A stretch of DNA of 64,000 nt from a cyanobacterium endosymbiont of Rhopalodia gibba (GCA_045159875.1 CP067995.1:2944001-3008000); one strand, 5' to 3'. Shown: positions 14,701 to 28,107, counted from the first letter of the stretch. The notes: generated by a model from the letters alone, not told the origin. Numbers and translations are program-made.

Positions 14701-15889
14701 TTGATTTGAAGTCAATTGGACTTGTCTTCTATTATTTTTTAACAATCATTAAATGCTTAATTCTTTCCAGTTACTATTTTAGATAATTGTTGACCTTATC
14801 GTATTTTAACTTAGTTATTTAGAATAACAACTGGAATAGATATGTCTTTTGCTATATTAATATCACTCTGTAAGTATCGTAGAGCCATATCAAACCCTTT
14901 TGACTAACTTAGCCAGTCATAATGCGAATTCAGGACGCAACTAAGGGCTCCACCAAATATTTGATTATTAGTCTGATTAAGAGAAATAATATTACTGCAG
15001 CGTCTAAGCTTTCGAACGAATGCTTGAGTAAGAGATATTTATAGTTATGAGTAATTTACATTGGACAGTTTAAACCAAAGGCTATTATTTAAGTTTCCTT
15101 AAATAAGTGTTCTCTAATAAAATAGTTAAAAAAGAGCGACTTCCGGATGTCAGTCTTGATAAAATTATGCTAATTTACTTAAATAAGTAAAGACTAGAAA
15201 AGTTGCTCATCACCCCAAAATCTTCTCCAATAAATTTAGACGGAGTAAACTTTTTAGGAGATACGATAATAAAAACAATTTTTTAAAAAAAAATTAAAAA
15301 AAAAGAGGCTCATAGGATTATTTAATAAGTTTTACAAAACAAATAAAATAATTATCCATAGTCAAAGAAAAAGAAAATTGAATATTATAGTCTAAAAAAT
15401 ACATTACATAAGAACTTATAAAAATTACGAGGTGACGATTTAAAACCATATAATTCATCAAGGTAGTTGAACGGAAATATTTTTAAATAAGCTACTGACA
15501 AAAGGTATTAATTAAAGTTGTATAAATTTTATTTAAAGTCAATTACTCATTTTTATCTATTAACTTCTAAGACTTATTTTTTTTATAGAAATTTTTAATT
15601 TACTTTAATCATACTAAATTTGGTCATAAAAACCTATTTATAATAGTACAAAAATAATCTAGACAAAAATATCTTTATAAACTTTTATTTTGCTCTACAT
15701 ATTAGCCCATTTAAATTTAAAAAATACATAACAACTAAAAATTTTAATTTTTTAAAAAAAATCTCCAAAGGATAAATTTTTAAAAAAAGTACACCTGCTC
15801 TAAGGATAAATTATGATTAGAGTCAGAAAATTATCAAACAATTTAATGAATTTTAAAAAAAAATTAAGAATTAAATAAAAAAGGATAAG

Positions 15890-16440
15890 ATATTTTTGTC
15901 AGAGTCTGAGATACAGATTTATAAAAAAAAATATCTTAAACAAGTAAATCTTAAAAAGAAAAAATCTAAAAAATTAAGTATATATATATTTTCTTGACAA
16001 ACCTAAAGTTTAATTAAAATTAATAAAAATCAAAGTTCAAAGTTTACTTAAAAAAAGAACAACTGCTGTGGTAAGCCAGGGTAGTGAATGGTTATATATC
16101 TGTGGATTTATTAAACTACTAACCGGAAAAATATTATAAAAGCAAATTTCAAGAATAAATATAAGATAGCTAAAATTAGTCAATAAACATTGAGTTAAAT
16201 ACGTATTTTTGTCCAGAAAAATTATCAGTAAAAAATAATAAGTAAAATTTTTTTAAAAAGTTACCAAATCATATTTGCTGGTTTCTTATTAAGAAGAAGA
16301 GTTTATAAAAAATTATAGACTTTAGTAAATGAGTTTTTAGTTTATGAGTATTCTAGAATAGTTAACAAAGAAGTTAAGCTAAATTATTGAAATTTTCTTA
16401 GTAGAATAAAAAAATAAATACAGGAAGTTATAGCCACTAA
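15890..16440 (+). mobile_element. IS630-family transposase remnant, strongly decayed
   Basis: TAVVSQGSEWLYICGFIKLLTGK (compare YEWLYLYGFV.P.TGE), then KLPNHI and L*TLVNEFLV (compare LW.L.NEPL.N). Boundaries are approximate. Confidence 0.5.
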
Positions 16441-16648
16441 ATTGATCATAAATCATAAACATCGGTGTCAAAGAAACGCTGAGTACCTCGATAAGTATAT
16501 CTACTTTCTATTGCCTCAACCCAAGTGTCTAAATAAAGGTTTTATTCTGTAATTTTACCAACTTGGACGATAGATCCTCATACTGTAAAGTTCAACTACA
16601 ATTGGACCCTAGAAAAATGTGTAGCCAGACTTTAGGCAATTGGTATAA

Positions 16649-17589
16649 TAGCAGTTTTTATTCAGATAAATTAAAATGAAGAAATAAAAAAATGTTAGTT
16701 GTGTGAAAAATTAAAACGTATTCTATAAAGATTTTTACTAAAAACAGTATTTTCAAGTCAGTTATAGTTTTTTAAATTGTTTTCTCAAGCGTCAAGAAAC
16801 AATAAAAAGTATAAGATTATTTTCTTATAGCTAAGAAAACCCATCTTTAATTGAGGTAGAAAAACTTGATATTGCAGAACAATGGTTAGAATAACATAAA
16901 AATACTATTTTACAAAAATCAAGTACTTATTTATATAAAACAACTAAGTATTACAGTTAGTATGCCTATCATGTATCGTTTAATTCAAAAATTTAACTTA
17001 ACCCCAAAAAATACTTTATTACATACAGATAAGATTTAATCGTTAAAACGGAAATATTGGAATACACTCGGACAACTCAAACTTTTAAACCTAGTTTTTA
17101 TTAACGAAACTGGAGTTAAGCTAGGCATGATCTATCCATTTGTTAAAGCAACTAAGGGAAAATAGACTTATAGAAAATGTTCCAAATAATTGAGGACAAA
17201 ATATTACGCTGATTGAAGCGTCCACTACATCAAGTTTTCATCTCTTTGATATTTGAACGATGGACAAATAAAGAAGCGTTTCTCACTCATGTAACGAAGT
17301 GCTGATACCCCTGTGGACAGGGGCTTATGTAGTCATGGACAATTCACCAGCTTATAAAACGATAAAAGTTAGAAAACCGATAGAATTTATAGAAACAAAA
17401 GTCTTATTTCTATTTCCTTACTCTCTTGAGTTGAATTTCATCAAAAACTGTTGGTGGAAAATAGATAATATTTGCAAATTTAAGAATTCCAGAGAACTTA
17501 ATCAAACTATGAATGGAGTAACCTACCAAAATATAATTGACTAATTTACTTACTGCTGTCAGTGTAAGCTACCTAATTGAAATCTGCTA
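16649..17589 (+). mobile_element. Degenerate IS630-family element with residual terminal inverted repeats
   Basis: Fragments KTYSI, LVFINETGVKLGM, QNITLIEA and LWTGAYVVMDNSPAYK...LFLFPYSLELNFIKNCWWKI (DDE_3 motifs DN and PYSP.LNPIE). Left end TAGCAGTTTTTATTCAG matches the reverse complement of the right end (TAGCAGATTTCAATTAG) at 13 of 17 positions. Confidence 0.85.
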
Positions 17590-18150
17590 CTATAACAGGA
17601 ATTTTTAAGATGACTAGCTTAAGAGGTAACAACAAAAACTTACTTTCACATAGATGAATCTATCCTTTGGTTTAGGAACTAATGCTTAATCAGCAACCGA
17701 TAAAGTTATGATAATGACTTATTTAAAACTGTTTCTAAGATTATTTTCAAGATTTTCACGGCAATTAATCGTTATCGGACATCTTATCCATTTAACACCA
17801 TCTAAAGTGTTTCTGAAAGTAGAGCCTTGTGCTTCTATATACATTTCTACAAGGGCACGTCTTTTAAAACAACTAGTTTATCGGTAATAATATACATAAA
17901 TATGTTCGATTTGACCGTATTTTGCAAATGTAGAACCAAGATTGCCTTCTAAGATCTTATAAAAGAGGTTTGCTATATGAATTGATATAATCTTTGTTAT
18001 TAATTGACTTGTCGAGAGTGAGACTAAAGCATAAAATAATTTATTTTTTGGATGAAGTGTACTCGAAAATTACATACGTCTAATTAATCTTTGATTGATA
18101 GGTTTTCTAAAAAAAATCTAGAATTTTTATAATTAGTAGATAGCTGTTTA

Positions 18151-20100
18151 ATGAAAAAAAGTATTGTGATGAGTTTACGCGGGTGTTTATTATTAATCAC
18201 GATAGGTGTAGTCATACCGACTTCGACAATAGTCGCTCAAGAAGTCCTTTTTATTCTGGACAAATCTCAACTAGAAAAACTGGAATTAGAGTCTTCTTTG
18301 TCCTTTTTCCGAGATAATAATAATTATTTATCATTATCTAAGTTTGAACAAAATTTAGTTTCAGGAGTGATCGTCTCAGAAGAAAAAACTAAGCTAAAAC
18401 AGTTCTCTGACCCCCAATCAACTAGACTTAAGATAAAAACCTCCACTTCAGCTAAAAAAGTGACTAGGATGGATTGTAAAATAGCTTTTCCTGAATTTAC
18501 CTTTTTCATCAAAGCAGAAACAGAAGGGGAAACTGTTGTCAAAAAAATCGTAGATGTTTCATTGAATCAAGTCATTGCAATCAACAAAATACCCTTTGAT
18601 GCTGATCCTGAACTAGAAGAGAGAATAACTAAAAATATCGAAAAAATTCAAAAAAATAGCACATTAACCGATAAAATGGTCCACTATCAAATTTTAGCTA
18701 AAGCGGATCATCTCTATCGTTGCGGAGATACCTTACTTGCTGAACGATTCTATCGAGAAATTAAAGATCCATTTGAAGCTGAAAAAAAACTTAACCGAGA
18801 AATTATCCCTGAACCAGTTTATGAATCCAAACATTTATTACCTGGAGGTCGTGTTTATTGGAGAATATACCAAGAAAGTTTAGAAGAGAATCCCATCTAT
18901 AAAAGTAAGAAACTAAGTGCATTAAAACTTTTGACAGAAAACCATCCTGAATTTATCCCCGGTTATCTCCATTATGCTAGAGTTCTCGAAAGAGACGAAA
19001 AGTCAGAAGAAGCTTTAAAAATTCTACATAGTGCGACGACTCTTTATCCAAATGAAGCTTCATTGGTGGCAGCCAGAATTGAAGCTGATGAAGAAGCCAA
19101 AAATTGGTTAACTGCCTCTTTAACTGCCCGTCAGTTTTTTCTATTTAATCAAGATCACTTTCGTGCATCTGAATTCAAGGAAGTAGCAGACAAAAATTTA
19201 GTCAGATATCAGAATAGATTACGGAAGAAAATAACTTGGAATGTGGTAGGAAATGCTATTTTAGACAGTATTAGCGTGGTTTTAATGGGAAATGTATTTG
19301 CCCCCCTTTCTACTTTAGAAACTACCTATTTATTAATACAAGGAGAAAAAATTATTGGAGAAAATTATGCCCAAGGATTAAAAAAACGATTAACCTTAGT
19401 AGAAGATTCTGAAATTAATCAATTTATTAATGAAATTGGACAAAAATTAGCTTCTGTTGCGGGACGGGATGAGTTTGAGTACGAGTTTTATATTGTGATG
19501 GATGAAAACATCAACGCCTTTGCTTTGCCTGGGGGTAAGATTTTTGTTAACGCAGGAGTGATTGCTAAAACTAACTCTGAAGCGGAAATAGCCGGGTTAA
19601 TTGCCCATGAATTAGCTCATACCGTTCTCTCTCACGGTTTCCAACAAATGACTCAAAATTCATTAATCAGCAGTGTAGTTCAATATATTCCTTATCTGGG
19701 GGGATTAGCTGAAAATCTTATTGTCCTTAACTACAGTCGAAAAATGGAAGAACAGGCGGATATGTTTGGGACGCGACTACTAGCGGCTACGGGCTATGCG
19801 GCTGATGGAGTGCGGAATTTAATGAAGATTATGGAGCTGGAACAGAAAACCTATCTTCCTGCTTGGTTGTCTTCTCATCCAGATACTAGTGATCGTATTA
19901 AATATCTTGAAGAGATAATCGTGCAAAACGATTTTAACCGCTACGCCTATGAAGGAGTAGAAAAACACCATAAAATTCGACAAAAGGTGGCTAATTTGTT
20001 AGCCAAATTTAAAAGAGAACAAGAGAGAGACAATGAAAATAAGCAAAAAAACAAAGAACAAAAAACAGATAATACAACTTCACTCCCTAAAGAAGATTAG
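18151..20100 (+). CDS. M48-family Zn metallopeptidase with signal peptide and TPR-like region
   Basis: Motifs INAFALPGG, HELAH, YSRKMEEQAD and WLSSHP..SDR, plus a hydrophobic N-terminus. Confidence 0.9.
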   Translation: MKKSIVMSLRGCLLLITIGVVIPTSTIVAQEVLFILDKSQLEKLELESSLSFFRDNNNYLSLSKFEQNLVSGVIVSEEKTKLKQFSDPQSTRLKIKTSTSAKKVTRMDCKIAFPEFTFFIKAETEGETVVKKIVDVSLNQVIAINKIPFDADPELEERITKNIEKIQKNSTLTDKMVHYQILAKADHLYRCGDTLLAERFYREIKDPFEAEKKLNREIIPEPVYESKHLLPGGRVYWRIYQESLEENPIYKSKKLSALKLLTENHPEFIPGYLHYARVLERDEKSEEALKILHSATTLYPNEASLVAARIEADEEAKNWLTASLTARQFFLFNQDHFRASEFKEVADKNLVRYQNRLRKKITWNVVGNAILDSISVVLMGNVFAPLSTLETTYLLIQGEKIIGENYAQGLKKRLTLVEDSEINQFINEIGQKLASVAGRDEFEYEFYIVMDENINAFALPGGKIFVNAGVIAKTNSEAEIAGLIAHELAHTVLSHGFQQMTQNSLISSVVQYIPYLGGLAENLIVLNYSRKMEEQADMFGTRLLAATGYAADGVRNLMKIMELEQKTYLPAWLSSHPDTSDRIKYLEEIIVQNDFNRYAYEGVEKHHKIRQKVANLLAKFKREQERDNENKQKNKEQKTDNTTSLPKED

Positions 20101-20971
20101 TATAGGTGTGATTAACAAGTCTTTACCTCTAGTGTTTTTTAACGATGAGCCATTTAACTATAGATTAACAATAGTCTTGCCATTTTAAAAAACAGGTAAG
20201 CTGTATTCAAGATCTTCCAGAGTTTTTGTCATATCTAACTTTTTAGTTGACAACTTTTATCTAGTGCGAACGTTCAAGCTACTTGCTTATAATTCCAACT
20301 TTATCGTCCTAATTTTCGTAGTTAGCAATTTAGTAACAAGTCTATTAAAAGAACATTGATAATTCTGTATTTACTGACTATAAATCTTCATGACTCTAAA
20401 TAGAGTACCATTAAAATCCCACGAACTAGTTACATCTCAGTAGTGTATTTTTACATTGCACTATTTAAATACAATAGAATATTTATGTTTCTTTATCAAA
20501 ATCATTATGTAATTTTTGTTAATGTTAGTTTACTGATTTAACTATGATAAATGAGCGCCCTATCTTATCCACTAAAACTAAATCCTAAATAAAAGATTTT
20601 ACTTAAAGAAGTTAATTGCGATTAGCTAACATAAGAAAGTAATTGTCGGTAACGTAAGTCCATTAAACCTATTGCTATCGTGGTGATCGTTACAGACAAA
20701 CCTAATGTGTAAGCTGTCGCTCTTTTATTATACTTTATAAAAGTATTAGGAGAAAATCTAGACTGGATTAACCTTGCTTTTCAGTCATCATTTAAACGAA
20801 TACTCGTTACATAGGAGTAAATATAATCAATACCTTGTAGTCGTGACTTAACTACGTTATAGAAAATATTTAATAGCTATCTACACCATTTTATTAATCA
20901 TAATTGTAACCCGATTCCCGTTACGACTACATCCATGCACTTATTTTTGATGAAAAAGAAACAATCACCAA

Positions 20972-21565
20972 TTATTTTAATTCCTGTCGTCCTTCCAATG
21001 CCCGTGTTAAAGTCATTTCATCAGCATATTCTAAGTCTCCTCCTATCGGCAATCCAAATGCAATGCGCGTAACTTTTGTAAAAGGTTTGAGGAGTTGATC
21101 AATATAGAGAGTGGTCGTTTCTCCTTCCACGGTAGGACTAAGAGCTATAATCACTTCCTTTACCCTATCTTGGCTAACTCGTCTAACGAGAGGTTGAATA
21201 TATAATTGTTCAGAGCCAATACCATCTATCGGAGACATAACACCCCCTAAAACATGATATTTCCCTTTATATTCTCTAGTTTTTTCTAAGGCAATCACAT
21301 CACAAGAATCAGCTACCACACAGATGACTTGGGAATCTCGGTGAGGATTGCGGCAAATTTCGCAGACGAGGTCAGCAGAAAGATGAAAACAAACTTGACA
21401 TAGTCCAACCTTCTCTTTGGCTTCAATTAAAGCATTTGCTAAGGTTCTAATTTCTGCTTCTGGGCGTTTGAGAATATGCAAGGCAAGTCTTTGGGCAGTT
21501 TTGGGTCCAACTCCTGGTAAATGTCGTAATTGCTCAATCAAACGAGCAAGAGGCGGAGTATACAT
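20972..21565 (-). CDS. recR: Recombination mediator RecR
   Basis: HhH motif [14 protein letters not shown]4 zinc finger, YHVLGG, VEGETT and GGDLEYAD. Confidence 0.97.
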   Translation of the reverse strand: MYTPPLARLIEQLRHLPGVGPKTAQRLALHILKRPEAEIRTLANALIEAKEKVGLCQVCFHLSADLVCEICRNPHRDSQVICVVADSCDVIALEKTREYKGKYHVLGGVMSPIDGIGSEQLYIQPLVRRVSQDRVKEVIIALSPTVEGETTTLYIDQLLKPFTKVTRIAFGLPIGGDLEYADEMTLTRALEGRQELK

Positions 21566-21705
21566 AATAGTCTAATCACCTCTAAATGTTAACTCACGCC
21601 CCCATTATATTAATGTCAATCGAGTTAAATGATTAAGTAAAAATAAAGTTTATGTCAAAGAATTCGATGAACTTTGCTAGCCCAATGATGACTTTATTTT
21701 TCTAC

Positions 21706-22863
21706 TTAAGGAATAATAGTCGGTTTTAGTCCAGCATTTTCTAAAGTGCGATGGACTTCCTCAGCATTATCACGATCACTAAATAATCCTACTTGCCAGA
21801 CGGACTTTCCGTTATGAGAAGTGGGAAACGCTTCAGGATAGAGTGATTGGACTTTAACCTTTTGATGATTAGTGTTTGTAGCGACAATCACACGGTATCT
21901 TTCAAGAGAAGCACTAGACAAAGAACCGACCACATTAGATAACCCTTTACGTCGCGAATTAGTGCTTGTTGAAGATTGAGGAGGTGGAACTATAGAATTA
22001 CTCTTATTTTGAGGAGGTGGTGCTAGGGGGGGTAAGTCGGAAAACTTAGGTAAAGGTTCAGTAATAGTGGAGAATGAACGAGGTTGAGGGGGTGGAGATA
22101 GGGTACTCGATGAGGGAAGAGTTGTAAGAGCAATAGGGGAAGAGGAAGATTTTTGAGAAACAGATACTGAGGATAAGGGTTTGAAGGCAGTTGAGGTTTG
22201 ACTGTCGGGTTGATTGTCTGCAGTGAAAGTCATCTCCCGCATCGGTATGCTTTCTTGAGTGTCCTGTCTGGACCTAGAGGAGTTAGTAGCCATTAAAGTA
22301 GATTGTTCTTCTATAGCTGAACTATCTCCTGTAAGATACACATGACCTAATACTCTACCGTTATAGGTCCGTTTTGTGAATCTCCAACCAGGATCAAGCT
22401 CAAGTCGCATAAATCCATTAGCTATTCCGTTACTTCTTCCAACGATAATTTCGGATTGACTAGGATCATCACGATGGGTTCCGACGAGTACCAGTTCTCC
22501 ATCGTATTCTATAATACGTAGGAGATAATCTAGACCATAATCTTGTTCATCAATGCGGATAGAATAGCCGTTGCTATCTGTACTACGTTCGCAACTTCCT
22601 GTAAAATCAAAGTTAAGGAGCAATGGATTGACTAAAATCGGATTGGTTCCACTTTCGCTCCAACATTTTTGCTGACCAGGAATTTGATGTATGATTAGCA
22701 AGTCGTATTTATTGTTACCATAGGGTCTAGCAATAGCGACAAGATTGTCCTGATTAACTTCTTGTTGCTCAAAAGTTGAAGCGTTAGTAGGAATATGAGG
22801 TGTAAAACCTGTGAAGCAAAAGGCGATGATAGTAGCTGTTTTGCCCAGAAGTGTGAGTTTCAT
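21706..22863 (-). CDS. DUF3747-domain exported protein with a Pro/Ser linker and a SPOR-like C-terminus
   Basis: Signal peptide, CWSESG..P..V.PLLLNFDFTG.C.RSTDSNGYSIR, and C-terminal WQVGLFSDRDNAE. Confidence 0.8.
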   Translation of the reverse strand: MKLTLLGKTATIIAFCFTGFTPHIPTNASTFEQQEVNQDNLVAIARPYGNNKYDLLIIHQIPGQQKCWSESGTNPILVNPLLLNFDFTGSCERSTDSNGYSIRIDEQDYGLDYLLRIIEYDGELVLVGTHRDDPSQSEIIVGRSNGIANGFMRLELDPGWRFTKRTYNGRVLGHVYLTGDSSAIEEQSTLMATNSSRSRQDTQESIPMREMTFTADNQPDSQTSTAFKPLSSVSVSQKSSSSPIALTTLPSSSTLSPPPQPRSFSTITEPLPKFSDLPPLAPPPQNKSNSIVPPPQSSTSTNSRRKGLSNVVGSLSSASLERYRVIVATNTNHQKVKVQSLYPEAFPTSHNGKSVWQVGLFSDRDNAEEVHRTLENAGLKPTIIP

Positions 22864-23194
22864 AGATATTCTAATGTTTACGTCTTAGAGAAGAACAAAT
22901 AGATTTTATTTCCCTCAAGGATTTGATTTCAGTGGGAAATGGTTGGAGTTAAAGATTTTGAAGTTTATTTAGAATTTCTACTAGTCATTAGGTATCTTCG
23001 GTGATTGATGTATTTTTTCTTTTTCACTCGACGCACTGAGAGGAACAAATGTTGCATCTCCTAGAAATTAGCTCTATTATTGCAATTTTGCTTTAATTTC
23101 AAAAAACTATTAAAAATTTAACTTAGTAATTTAAGTTAGTCTAGAATCTGGATAAGCTAAATTATCATTAACAGATTGCATTGTCATGGCTAAG

Positions 23195-23242
23195 GTTCGA
23201 TAGCATAGAGGTCAAGGAGTTCGATAGCATAGAGATCAAGGA
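23195..23242. repeat. 24-bp tandem duplication
   Basis: GTTCGATAGCATAGAGGTCAAGGA followed by GTTCGATAGCATAGAGATCAAGGA (one mismatch). Confidence 0.9.
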
Positions 23243-23424
23243 TCTTTGAATACCTCTACAACTAGAAGTGTGGGAAGATTATTTATTTTGTTCCGTTGTC
23301 ACTAAATTGTTGTTAACCACATCCTAAACATGATGTTTTTGTGAGCTCTTCGCTAAACTTGCTTTAGTGACAAATTCTGCAGTTTTAAACACCAAAATAC
23401 CGTATTTTCGTATTTTCAACTTAT

Positions 23425-26400
23425 ATGTATAAGCGTAGCCCTATGAAAAAGACCAACCACCCCCTCAAGTTAACTCATCAACCATTGTCTCCGTATTGTG
23501 GTCAAAAATGGCTGGTAGAAGAAAGAGATGCCTGTGGGGTTGGTTTGATTGCTGACGTAAAAGGGAAAGGAAGCCATAAACTTATTCAACGAGCAATTGT
23601 TGCATTAGGCTGTATAGAACATCGCGGGGGCTGTAGTGCGGATAATGACTCAGGAGACGGTTCGGGGGTTATGACGGACATTCCCCGTGATGTATTAGTT
23701 TCTTGGTTTACAAGTCAAGGTTTAACTATGCCACCTATTGAGCAATTAGGGGTTGGGATGGTCTTTCTGCCTCAGAATAAAATTAAAAGAGAAGCAGATC
23801 GTGCTTACGTTGAAACAGTAGTATCCGCAGCTAATTTAAAGGTATTGGGGTGGCGAGAAGTTCCTGTTAAACCTGAGGTTTTAGGAGTTCAGGCTAAACA
23901 AAATCAACCCCACATCGAACAGGTAATGGTGGCTTCTCCAGCCGGGTTATCGGGAGATGCATTAGAGCGAATACTATACATAGTGCGGTCAGGGATCGGT
24001 AAGAGACTCGCAGATGACTTTTATATTTGTTCTTTTAGTTGTCGGACTCTTGTCTATAAGGGAATGGTTCGTAGTACGATTTTAGGAGAATTCTATGAAG
24101 ATTTGAAAAACCCTAACTATAACAGTCGATTTGCTCTATATCATCGTCGCTTTAGCACTAATACCATGCCAAAGTGGTCTTTGGCTCAACCCATGCGTTT
24201 GTTAGGTCACAATGGAGAAATTAATACTCTCATTGGGAATATTAATTCTATGGCAGCCAGAGAAGTTCATTTAGAAATTCCAGGATGGACGGCGGAAGAG
24301 CTAGAGGCGTTAACTCCTATTGTCAATAATGACAACAGTGACTCCTACAACCTCGATAGTGCTTTAGAGTTATTGGTTCGGACTGGTCGTAATCCCCTCG
24401 AAGCGACGATGATCCTAGTGCCTGAAGCTTATCAAAACCAACCTGATTTAAAAGATTATCCCGAAATAACTAGTTTTTATCAATATTATAGTGGCTTTCA
24501 AGAACCTTGGGATGGTCCAGCCTTACTTACATTCAGTGATGGCAAAATTGTAGGAGCTTGTTTAGATCGTAACGGTTTACGTCCGGCTCGTTATTGCATT
24601 ACCAAAGATGATTATTTGGTAGTTGGTTCCGAAGCAGGAGTCGTTGATTTACCAGAAGAAGACATTGTAGTAAAAGGAAGATTAGGACCTGGGCAAACTA
24701 TTGCCGCCGACTTAGAGTCTAAGGAAATTCTTGAGAATTGGGATATTAAAAAACGTATTTCTCGACGGCATCCTTACTGGGAATGGTTGCAGACTTTTCG
24801 TAAAAAAATTATTCCCCAACCCTTCTCAAAGAATATTCTTCTCGAGCAACCTGGCCAACTTTTGCAACAACAAACAGCTTTTGGATATACGGCCGAAGAT
24901 GTAGAAATGATTGTGGTTCCCATGGCAACTGAAGGAAAGGAACCTATATTCTGTATGGGGGATGACATTCCATTAGCCGTTCTTTCAAATAAACCTCATC
25001 TACTCTACGACTACTTTAAACAGCGGTTTGCCCAAGTGACTAACCCTCCCATTGATCCGTTACGGGAAAGTTTGGTAATGTCTTTGGAAATGTTATTAGG
25101 GGAACGGGGAAACTTATTAGATCCAAAGCCAGAAGATGCAAAACTGTTAAAAATTGAAAGTCCTTTACTCAATGAGACGGAATTAGAGCAGATCAAATCT
25201 TCTGAATTTCAGGTAACGCAACTATCTACCTTGTTTGATCTGACTGCCGGTCCTGGAGGACTTAAAATTGCCTTAGATAGGTTGTGTTATGAAGCCATCC
25301 AAGCGGTTAAAACCGGTTCAAAAATCATTATTTTAAGTGATCGCACTTCGGAAATGGGCAGTGTTGCGGAAACAACTAGCTACATTCCTCCCTTATTAGC
25401 GGTAGGAACCATCCATCATTATTTAATTAAACATGGGTTACGTCTACAAACTTCTTTAGTGACAGATACGGCACAATGCTGGAGCACCCATCATTTTGCT
25501 TGTCTAGTAGGTTATGGCGCATCAGCAGTTTGCCCTTATTTAACCCTCGAAACTATCCGTCAATGGTGGAATGATACCAAAACTCAGAAATTAATAGGGA
25601 ACGGGAAAATTGAATCTATTACTCTCGATAAAGCATTCGCAAACTACCGCCATGCAGTTGAATTAGGCTTATTGAAAATAATCTCTAAAATGGGAATTTC
25701 CTTATTGGCTTCCTATCATGGAGCACAAACTTTCGAAGCGATCGGATTAAGCCCTGAATTAATTAAAATAGCTTTTGACGGAACCACTAGCCGTGTTGGT
25801 GGGTTAAGTATTGTAGAATTAGCTGAGGAAATTATTGCTATTCATAGTCGCGCCTTCCCCAATTTAACCGATAAAAAACTGAAAAACTTCGGCTTTATTA
25901 ACTACCGTCCTGGAGGAGAATACCATATGAATTCTCCGAAAATGGCTAAATTTCTTCATAAAGCAGTAGCAGTTTACAAAGAAGGGATAAATGGCAGAAA
26001 TAACAAAGGGTATGATCATTATGCAATGTATAGTAAATACCTTGAAGAACGTCCCATTACTGCCTTGCGAGATCTATTAGAATTCAACAGTGATCGCCCT
26101 TCTGTTCCTGTTGAAGAAGTGGAAACAGTAGAAGCCATTGTTAAACGGTTTTGCATTGGGGGAATGTCCTTAGGGGCTTTATCACGGGAAGCACATGAAA
26201 CTATAGCGATCGCTATGAACCGTTTGGGAGGGAAATCTAATTCTGGGGAGGGAGGAGAAGATCCCATACGTTTCACCACGCTCACAGATGTAGATGCTAA
26301 TGGAAATTCTCCTACATTTCCTCACCTCAATGGATTAAAAAATGGAGATACAGCAAGTTCTGCTATTAAACAGATTGCATCAGGAAGGTTTGGGGTAACT

Positions 26401-28107
26401 CCTGAATATTTAATGAACGGGAAGCAATTAGAAATTAAGATGGCCCAGGGGGCAAAACCAGGGGAAGGAGGACAGTTACCAGGACAAAAGGTCAATTCCT
26501 ACATTGCCATGTTACGGCAGTCTAGATCTGGTGTTACTCTGATTTCTCCTCCTCCTCACCATGATATTTACTCCATTGAAGATTTGGCACAGTTGATTTT
26601 TGACTTACATCAGATTAATCCTATGGCTAAGGTTTCAGTGAAATTAGTAGCAGAAATTGGGATTGGAACCATTGCAGTAGGTGTTGCTAAAGCTAACGCT
26701 GATGTTATTCAAGTTTCGGGACATGATGGGGGAACGGGTGCATCACCTTTAAGTTCTATTAAACATGCGGGATGTCCTTGGGAATTAGGAATTACTGAAG
26801 TTCATAGAATGTTGTTAAAAAATCAATTGCGTGATCGCGTCATCTTACGTGCTGATGGGGGCTTAAAAACCGGATGGGATGTAATAATGGCAGCATTAAT
26901 GGGGGCTGAACAATACGGTTTCGGCTCTATTGCTATTATCGCTGAGGGCTGTATTATGGCCCGTATTTGCCACACCAATAACTGTCCGGTAGGGGTTGCA
27001 ACTCAACAGAAAAAGTTGCGTCAACGGTTTAGTGGAGTTCCTGAAAATGTAACTAATCTCTTCTACTTTATTGCTGAAGAAATACGATCAATTTTAGCAA
27101 AATTAGGCTATTATTCCTTAAATGAAGTGATTGGCCGTTCAGATCTTTTAATCTCTCGCAAAAAACTAAAATTAACCAAAACTCAAACCTTAAATCTCGA
27201 TTGCCTAATTAAACTTCCTAATGTAAAAGAAGATCGCAGTTGGTTAAACCATGAAGCAGTTCACAGTAATGGAGAGGTGTTGGATGATCGCATTTTAGCT
27301 GACAAAGAGATCATCTCTTCGATTGATGAACACCGTTCCGTTACAAAAAATATCAAGATTGTCAATACCGACCGCACGGTTGGAGCACGTATTTCTGGGG
27401 TAATTGCTAAGAAGTATGGGAATACCGGACTTAAAGGAAAATTAACTCTCAACTTCAAAGGGACATCTGGTCAAAGTTTTGGTGCATTTAACCTTCCTGG
27501 CATGATTTTATACCTTGAAGGGGAAGCCAACGATTATGTTGGTAAAGGAATGCACGGAGGAGAAATTGTGATTGTTCCACACCAAGAAAGTAACTATAAG
27601 CCAGAAGATAGCGTTATTATTGGTAATACTTGCCTTTATGGGTCAACCGGTGGTTTTTTATATGCCAATGGTCGTGCAGGTGAACGATTTGGGGTTCGTA
27701 ACTCTCTCGGAAAAGCAGTTATTGAAGGTGCTGGCGATCATTGCTGCGAATATATGACAGGAGGTGTGATCGTAGTCTTAGGAACTATTGGCCGTAACGT
27801 AAGTGCAGGAATGACTGGAGGAATAGGTTACTTCTTAGATGAAGAAGGAAATTTTCCCGAAAAAGTAAACTTTGAAACTGTGGAAATTCAAAGGATTTGC
27901 ACTGAAGCAGGAAAATTTCAGTTAAAAGGGTTAATTCAATCCCATGTTGACCGGACACGTAGCCAAAAAGGACAGATAATCCTCGATAATTGGGAGGATT
28001 ATGTGAGTAAATTCTGGCAGGTGTTTCCCTCATCTGAAGCGAATAGTCCTGAGATAAACTCTAATCCCATTACAGTTGAGGAGAAAACGTTCACTCCTGT
28101 TAAATAA
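23425..28107 (+). CDS. glsF: Ferredoxin-dependent glutamate synthase (Fd-GOGAT)
   Basis: ERDACGVG (N-terminal Cys of the mature enzyme), [38 protein letters not shown] domain. No small-subunit gene is adjacent. Confidence 0.95.
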   Translation: MYKRSPMKKTNHPLKLTHQPLSPYCGQKWLVEERDACGVGLIADVKGKGSHKLIQRAIVALGCIEHRGGCSADNDSGDGSGVMTDIPRDVLVSWFTSQGLTMPPIEQLGVGMVFLPQNKIKREADRAYVETVVSAANLKVLGWREVPVKPEVLGVQAKQNQPHIEQVMVASPAGLSGDALERILYIVRSGIGKRLADDFYICSFSCRTLVYKGMVRSTILGEFYEDLKNPNYNSRFALYHRRFSTNTMPKWSLAQPMRLLGHNGEINTLIGNINSMAAREVHLEIPGWTAEELEALTPIVNNDNSDSYNLDSALELLVRTGRNPLEATMILVPEAYQNQPDLKDYPEITSFYQYYSGFQEPWDGPALLTFSDGKIVGACLDRNGLRPARYCITKDDYLVVGSEAGVVDLPEEDIVVKGRLGPGQTIAADLESKEILENWDIKKRISRRHPYWEWLQTFRKKIIPQPFSKNILLEQPGQLLQQQTAFGYTAEDVEMIVVPMATEGKEPIFCMGDDIPLAVLSNKPHLLYDYFKQRFAQVTNPPIDPLRESLVMSLEMLLGERGNLLDPKPEDAKLLKIESPLLNETELEQIKSSEFQVTQLSTLFDLTAGPGGLKIALDRLCYEAIQAVKTGSKIIILSDRTSEMGSVAETTSYIPPLLAVGTIHHYLIKHGLRLQTSLVTDTAQCWSTHHFACLVGYGASAVCPYLTLETIRQWWNDTKTQKLIGNGKIESITLDKAFANYRHAVELGLLKIISKMGISLLASYHGAQTFEAIGLSPELIKIAFDGTTSRVGGLSIVELAEEIIAIHSRAFPNLTDKKLKNFGFINYRPGGEYHMNSPKMAKFLHKAVAVYKEGINGRNNKGYDHYAMYSKYLEERPITALRDLLEFNSDRPSVPVEEVETVEAIVKRFCIGGMSLGALSREAHETIAIAMNRLGGKSNSGEGGEDPIRFTTLTDVDANGNSPTFPHLNGLKNGDTASSAIKQIASGRFGVTPEYLMNGKQLEIKMAQGAKPGEGGQLPGQKVNSYIAMLRQSRSGVTLISPPPHHDIYSIEDLAQLIFDLHQINPMAKVSVKLVAEIGIGTIAVGVAKANADVIQVSGHDGGTGASPLSSIKHAGCPWELGITEVHRMLLKNQLRDRVILRADGGLKTGWDVIMAALMGAEQYGFGSIAIIAEGCIMARICHTNNCPVGVATQQKKLRQRFSGVPENVTNLFYFIAEEIRSILAKLGYYSLNEVIGRSDLLISRKKLKLTKTQTLNLDCLIKLPNVKEDRSWLNHEAVHSNGEVLDDRILADKEIISSIDEHRSVTKNIKIVNTDRTVGARISGVIAKKYGNTGLKGKLTLNFKGTSGQSFGAFNLPGMILYLEGEANDYVGKGMHGGEIVIVPHQESNYKPEDSVIIGNTCLYGSTGGFLYANGRAGERFGVRNSLGKAVIEGAGDHCCEYMTGGVIVVLGTIGRNVSAGMTGGIGYFLDEEGNFPEKVNFETVEIQRICTEAGKFQLKGLIQSHVDRTRSQKGQIILDNWEDYVSKFWQVFPSSEANSPEINSNPITVEEKTFTPVK

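Noticed and set aside
15130..15270. Peptide LITPKSSPINLDGVNFLGDTI resembling a reverse-transcriptase 'GFDFLG' motif
   Set aside because: A single short match with no YADD or other RT motif nearby.
23195..23242. Possible CRISPR mini-array
   Set aside because: The two copies are adjacent with no spacer, and there are no cas genes.
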